28,016 nucleotides of DNA from a virus (Duplodnaviria > Caudoviricetes): the IMG/VR virus record IMGVR_UViG_3300037851_000204, positions 1 through 28,016 of that record; one strand, 5' to 3'. Shown here piece by piece: positions 23,801 to 28,016 of this stretch (positions are counted from its first letter, which is position 1; each line of letters starts with the position of its first letter). The position numbers and the translations under genes were made by a program. The notes below the pieces were generated by a model that saw only the letters and a list, made by a program, of their open reading frames with translations, had not been told where the DNA came from and ran no database searches.

Positions 23801-26800
23801 GGCGGGTGGGACAAGAAGTCCACGAAGGGCATGGCGATGGGCGGCTCACGCCCCTCGTCCCTCTCTGACCTTTCTGGTGTCGCATCCAACATCTCCCATA
23901 TCACCGAGGTCGGTGAGCAGGGTCGAGAGTGGATCGTCGGCCAGCGTGATGGCTCCGAGTTCGTCGTACCCAACCACCAGCTCCCGCACTTCCGGCAGAT
24001 GGTCGGGATGGCGGACGGGGGTGAGCGGGAGGTGATCGGCGGCAGGCGCCAGGACGCCAGAGGTCGTTGGCATTGGGTGGATGGCCCGAACAAGGGCGCC
24101 TTTGCCAAACCGCCCAGCAAGCCACTGGGCCCAGCTGGCATGTTGGTCTACGGCGGCGGCGAGGGCCCATGGCCGTCTCGTCGTAGCGTCGCTGCATCCA
24201 GAGCCGAAGGCACAGGACTAGCGACCCCGTTCGCCGGGGTCCAGAAGGTCGCCGTCGTCAACTGGCCCACTGGGCTGACGGGTGGGGCACTAGCACAAGG
24301 TCCGTCTCGTCCTTCGAGGATGTTTGCACAAGGTCCCGATGAATGGGCAGCAGCATCAGGTGGCAGGGCTCTCGGCGCACGGCCGACACCCACATCTTTG
24401 CCGCCAGAGCCCGATGTCGCCGGGGTCGTTCCGCCACTGCAGGGGTCGGGGCCACTCGGCAAGGCGCAGGCGAAGGCTGCCGGGGCAGAGGCTGTCTCAC
24501 AACTCCGCTATGACCTCGACCAGGTCGGCATCGACATCTCCGAGGCGCTCCAGAAGAGCCCTGTGCGTGCCCTGTCGGTCGCCTTCGGGCAGATCGCCCA
24601 GACGGTCGTGGGCGGACGGGCCGGCATCCTCGAACGGGCAGGCTTGGCACGTGCTGCCCGAGGCAAGGCCGAGGGGCTGGTCGGACAACTCGAGTCCTCC
24701 ATCTCCGCGAGGGACTGGGCGAGCCAGGAACTCGAGTTCCTGGCGGGTCAGCGAGAAGTCGGATACCGGCGAAACAACAGGGGGCTATCCGTCCTCGACC
24801 AAGAGGCCATGGACCTGCTGTCAGAAGAAGACAGGGACCGGTTCGCCGAACTGATCGACACAGAGCGTGGGCAGGAAGCCAAACGAGAGTTCCTGCTGCC
24901 CAGAGCCGAGCAGGCGAAGACTGAAGCGCAAGAGGCAGCCAGAAGCATCCTCACTCCTGCCCAGCAGGTCAAATCGCAGGCCGTCGGCCTTGTCGGTATC
25001 GTCGGTGGGACCATCACGTTCACGGCAGCCATGCATCTCGCTCAGGCTGGACTGGCCGCATTCGCCAATGTCACCGGCAAGGCGATCGACGCCTTCAGCA
25101 ACTGGACGATGACGATGAACGCCGTCTCCAGCGAGCTTGCCGAATCGATGGTCAAGTCAAGCGGTGACATCCAAGCCGCTGCTGGATCACTGGTCGGAGA
25201 ACTCGGGCTTCCCGCCGGTACGGACATCTCTGCCCTCATCGAAAGATCCCAGAGACTTGGTGGGGCGCAGCTGTTCCAGCGGGGGACGGACGTCCTGCGA
25301 GCCGAGAGGAGCGCCGAGGCTGCAAGTGCTGGGCTTCGTGTTCGTGGTCTTGGGACCGGATTCGATAATGGTCCACTGGCTGGGCTGCCTTTCCTTGGCC
25401 CACTCGGATGGGTCGGGCAGCAACAGGGGATGGCTGAACTGACGGCTGGTCGTCTCCTGACCGTCCCGCTTCCGACGGCATACGCAGGACCTCCATTGCC
25501 AAGTGGGTACTACCAGCCGATGGGTGTGCCCGCTGGGACACCGGAAGCCGGGACGCCAAGTTATGCGCCGCCGCGTGGGCTGTTGGCCCTACCAGAGAAT
25601 GAGAACTGGGAACTCACAGCCCCTCAGACCGCCTATGACATCGAGAAGGCCATCACTGAAGGCGCTCCTCTCACGACACAGGAGATCGCCGACAGGCTGA
25701 TGGCCGAAGCCCAGGCCAAGGGTGGTGTCACGCGACCACCATCCGGGAGCGAACTCGGCAGGGCTATCGCTGGTATCCAAGCTCCAGTCACTCCAGGCTA
25801 TGGGGTATTCCCAGGGGCTGGCGGGATGATGGAATGGGCCAACGAGACGCGGAAGGCCATGGACATGGCTGCCGCTGACGAACAGCGTTTCGGCCGCGAC
25901 ATCACGGAGATGGTCGACGGTCTGAATGACACGCTCACCAAGGTCAACGTGCCAGACATGTTCGTTCACATCGACCCCAAGGACCCGAAGAACGCCGCGA
26001 AGATCAAAGCCTTCGAGCAGGCGATGAAGGATATCGGGGCCGAGAGCTACTTGCCCGCGTTCCAAGAGCGGGGCGTCATCGCCGTGACGTCAGAGGGCGG
26101 CGAGATCGATCCGAACAGACTCAACAGGATCTTCCAGGGCCTGTCAGAGATCGTGCCGACCTTCGAGGAGCTGCTCAAGACAAGTGGGCGGGCCTTCCAG
26201 GCACAGATCGCTGGTATCCAGCGCAGTGCTGAACTGAGCCGCGAGACGGAGATCCCGACCGAGTTCTTCAGCCAGTTCGTCTCCAGGCCTCTGGCTGGCT
26301 CGCTGCGTGGCATCCCATGGTCAGCAGGCATCGTGGCCCCGAGTGCCACTGGAGCGACAGCGGCTGCAGGCGCCAGATATGGTGGGATGGTCCAGCAGAC
26401 CTACCAGCAGATGCAGCCATACCTTGAGCAGGGCCGTGAGCAGATGCTGGCGCTTGGCGTGACCGAGGAGGAGATCTCCTCCGTCGAGAGACTCGGCGCA
26501 TCCATCGCCCGCCTTCAGACGAGGGCCTCGAACCTGCAACTGGATGTGGAGCAGGCCCAGTACAACGAGCAGCTGTATCTCTCGCAGCGTTCTCTCTCTG
26601 ACATCCTCGGCATCCTCGGCAAGACCGGGACCGCAACATCAGAACTTGGTCGGCTGCAGCGTGCGCAGATCGCAGACTCGCGTGAGTTGGCCCGTATCCA
26701 GTTGGCCCGAAGCCAGCGTGAACTGAACCTCGAACTGGCCATCAGCAAGATCAGGGCCCCCGGCGAGACGGCAGAAGAGCGGGCCATGCGGATGCGGGAA

Positions 26801-27514
26801 GCCCAGATGCTGGCCCGCGAGAAGCAGCGGGAACTGGACCTCACGAGGGGAAGTACCGAACGCGGGTTCAGGATCGAGGACATCGGTTACCAGCGACAAG
26901 CCCGTGACCTTGGAGTGCAGATCCGGCTCATGCAGCAAGCACGTCGCGTCTCCATCGATGTCCGGGGCATCGAACAGGTCATCCAGGCGAAAGAGCAGTT
27001 GCTGGGCGTGAAGCAGCAGTTCATGGGTGTGTCCCGGTCGGTCGGTCTTGAAGTCAGGCGTGCCGGTAACGCCATCATCCAGAACCTCGAGAGCCGCCTC
27101 GGACTGTTCACGGACAAGGAGATCGCGAAGGTCAACGCATGGGCGACCCGCATGGTCCGAACGGTGAACAGGGCCATCGACATGGCGACGACCGGGGATA
27201 CGCAGCCACGCATGCCAGCAGGCAGAGGCAGCAGGGGTGGACCAGGCAGGGCCATCGCCGCTGCGTCCGGCTTCATCGGCATGGCTGCCGGACCGACCCA
27301 GTTCCTTGCAGGCGAAGCTGGCAGAGAGCATGTCATCGTCTTGCGCAACCCACGCACATCCAGCATGTCGCCGATGAGTGGCGGCGGCGGCGGGAACGTC
27401 AGCATCAACCTTGTCCTCAACGCATCGGTGCGTGGGGAGGCTGACGAGGAGCGGCTGGCCCGCAAGGTCGCCCGTGTCCTCCATCGCGAGGCTTCCATGA
27501 TGGTCGGTGCGTGA
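20858..27514 (+). CDS. Tape measure protein, atypical multidomain (2218 aa) with an internal ADP-ribosyltransferase-like domain
   Basis: Follows G/GT. N-terminal IDTIRVGLGLDTS, a hydrophobic segment at ~24980-25070 and a coiled coil at ~26470-27150. The C-terminal FLAGEAGRE...GGGNVSINL...LARKV pattern is typical of TMPs. Alternative GTG start at 20855. Confidence 0.82.
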   Translation: MAAKGQTIDTIRVGLGLDTSSLNQDIQKELAGFTIQPSLVRPEFSSLKTFVKDINETMSKSGNRNVLGVKAQVSFSETQAKGALKTVLEAVESSGLSVKVPIEFVYPQGGGGAPPNAGGGGGAPPPTGGRGGPGRQGGGGPQAAPAAPAAAGPATGTATGTGLATAAVVTMAASNAAARTRPAAGGAAAAAPAAGSRRGRAAAAAPAEASQTEFQQYVNAGIAAVMPGVMQQIQTQQAAQAAPIAAAPGTPGSIGRRPQRSSFQEVFTPRDADIRGESPEFRQRVKTMRGMMRRPDFSPQLVQEAVIAARSGYGLTGHLNPLSQHAADLAPYQPFYEHAKELYARGQEHRVAVRNARAQGPMDDARKARAQALNTAISSGDWATLDTMYPGVGELFAQGRPKEAEAAYFAAKYKDPKNWEKPHSYAQEMLGTRRGQMRKRWDYMAQIQPEDFALLSWTGSGLQWEAGEEAPGGLEPTWDETGTLSWAPAPAGSGGWASYAPTSKVRDRLSAAAGGAAPAPPVISRQRRFELMASDPEALIVELNTLKEQARLAPLAPDEEEHRIKLEKAIAAQKRAKGRLVGGKGETPFPTSAHPLYGPVLARLRELATGNTPTGSPEALLERKVQHEEMVGLRSWLQEQDPGLFGQFMAAASSPGQQARADTLSRKIASLPEGSELPRDAALNRTVGDVAGVGRRKARTLSRIKKDEKAERDRVAMLAQDRIAALTTPMQGGGYRKGDRWWRGGSSNQDLWVPGRHVVAGETMDEPYSTLGSGLYLTDIEGARSYAHVRSTRGEAAGGLPVIDSRIVDIPEDRIWQPQGGYFDDPELLKAWQGRLKDHIREVRDDPHAWMLQGGPKLTLDYLNTVDLYRDSAMRGPMKGKPPTLHQAIGANYGVNQPLFSDFMQRQGFEGLLSQEGGESSDEGRGFLHPSLVVFDPRNKLLHRQGGGLLDRLMQARIQSLMGKGQTKESQELQKKLEDLRGGWDKKSTKGMAMGGSRPSSLSDLSGVASNISHITEVGEQGREWIVGQRDGSEFVVPNHQLPHFRQMVGMADGGEREVIGGRRQDARGRWHWVDGPNKGAFAKPPSKPLGPAGMLVYGGGEGPWPSRRSVAASRAEGTGLATPFAGVQKVAVVNWPTGLTGGALAQGPSRPSRMFAQGPDEWAAASGGRALGARPTPTSLPPEPDVAGVVPPLQGSGPLGKAQAKAAGAEAVSQLRYDLDQVGIDISEALQKSPVRALSVAFGQIAQTVVGGRAGILERAGLARAARGKAEGLVGQLESSISARDWASQELEFLAGQREVGYRRNNRGLSVLDQEAMDLLSEEDRDRFAELIDTERGQEAKREFLLPRAEQAKTEAQEAARSILTPAQQVKSQAVGLVGIVGGTITFTAAMHLAQAGLAAFANVTGKAIDAFSNWTMTMNAVSSELAESMVKSSGDIQAAAGSLVGELGLPAGTDISALIERSQRLGGAQLFQRGTDVLRAERSAEAASAGLRVRGLGTGFDNGPLAGLPFLGPLGWVGQQQGMAELTAGRLLTVPLPTAYAGPPLPSGYYQPMGVPAGTPEAGTPSYAPPRGLLALPENENWELTAPQTAYDIEKAITEGAPLTTQEIADRLMAEAQAKGGVTRPPSGSELGRAIAGIQAPVTPGYGVFPGAGGMMEWANETRKAMDMAAADEQRFGRDITEMVDGLNDTLTKVNVPDMFVHIDPKDPKNAAKIKAFEQAMKDIGAESYLPAFQERGVIAVTSEGGEIDPNRLNRIFQGLSEIVPTFEELLKTSGRAFQAQIAGIQRSAELSRETEIPTEFFSQFVSRPLAGSLRGIPWSAGIVAPSATGATAAAGARYGGMVQQTYQQMQPYLEQGREQMLALGVTEEEISSVERLGASIARLQTRASNLQLDVEQAQYNEQLYLSQRSLSDILGILGKTGTATSELGRLQRAQIADSRELARIQLARSQRELNLELAISKIRAPGETAEERAMRMREAQMLAREKQRELDLTRGSTERGFRIEDIGYQRQARDLGVQIRLMQQARRVSIDVRGIEQVIQAKEQLLGVKQQFMGVSRSVGLEVRRAGNAIIQNLESRLGLFTDKEIAKVNAWATRMVRTVNRAIDMATTGDTQPRMPAGRGSRGGPGRAIAAASGFIGMAAGPTQFLAGEAGREHVIVLRNPRTSSMSPMSGGGGGNVSINLVLNASVRGEADEERLARKVARVLHREASMMVGA

Positions 27515-28016
27515 TGTCGACCGTCGCCATCCTCTACGAGGGCGCAGACATCACGGCGGACGTGGTCTTCTCGAGGACCACGTTCAGGGCAGCAGCGGAC
27601 GGGAGCGTCGGGACGTGCAGCGTCACCATCGACGACCCAAGTCATGTGTACGCACCCGGCTCATTCAAGGCTGGCGGGACGCTGGAGCTGTTCATCGACG
27701 GTGTGCGCCAGTGGGACGGCTGGGTCTTCACCATCGGCAGGACGTGGCCGTTCTCCGCTGACGACACCAACGTCCCGCCAGGGGTCCCTCGCATGTGGGT
27801 CCTCGAGGGGCAGGACCGCAACCTGCTCTTCCAGAAGCGCATCCTCTTCCACCAGGACAACCCGTCGAACGACGCCGGGTTCAAGATCTGGCCGCAGGGG
27901 ACGTCGGACAAGCAGGCCATCGAGTATGCCCTTGCCAACTACGTCGACCTCTCTGGCGATGGGCTGACCTTCCACATCCAGCAGGTCGCATCCCCGGGCC
28001 CCTACGAGGAGTTCAG
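27514..28016 (+). CDS. Tail tip / baseplate hub (Tal, gp27-fold)-like protein, 3'-truncated
   Basis: Absent from the ORF track because it has no stop in the window. TGATG overlap with the TMP stop. MSTVAILYEGADIT...GTCSVTIDD...GGTLELFIDGVRQWDGWV...LEGQDRNLLF is open to the window end. Confidence 0.65.
   Translation, partial: MSTVAILYEGADITADVVFSRTTFRAAADGSVGTCSVTIDDPSHVYAPGSFKAGGTLELFIDGVRQWDGWVFTIGRTWPFSADDTNVPPGVPRMWVLEGQDRNLLFQKRILFHQDNPSNDAGFKIWPQGTSDKQAIEYALANYVDLSGDGLTFHIQQVASPGPYEEF

Noticed and set aside
27507-27967. Track ORFs 27507-27761 and 27644-27967
   Set aside because: They are off-frame. The credible gene starts at ATG 27514, coupled to the TMP stop, and runs off the window.

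Overview
A GC-rich (roughly 65% by eye) tailed-phage virion-morphogenesis region. All credible genes lie on the + strand, and many are translationally coupled through ATGA, TGATG or GTGA overlaps. Bases 1-5.8 kb hold a glycan-biosynthesis cluster: a GT17-like enzyme, an NAD-dependent epimerase, a CmcI-like O-methyltransferase and four GT2/GT-A enzymes. Bases 6.1-12.9 kb encode two giant fibre-like proteins, each with variable N-terminal heads, a long basic Ser/Thr-rich 14-aa-repeat stalk and a C-terminal anchor-type domain. A GT4 coupled to the prohead protease follows, then a siphovirus-type block: protease/scaffold, major capsid, head-tail adaptor, head closure, HK97 gp10-like protein, tail terminator, tail tube, a tube paralog, a G/GT chaperone with a GGGGGAA -1 frameshift, a 2218-aa tape measure protein and a partial hub/Tal-like gene. 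The most notable inferences are (i) a phage-encoded virion or fibre glycosylation system embedded in the head module, (ii) an ADP-ribosyltransferase-like (ART-PolyVal-type) domain carried as a cassette inside the tape measure protein, (iii) fibres of reversed polarity whose repeat unit reappears at the C-terminus of the tail terminator, and (iv) apparent absence of GCGCG/CGCGC. All product calls come from motif recognition by eye; no database search was run.
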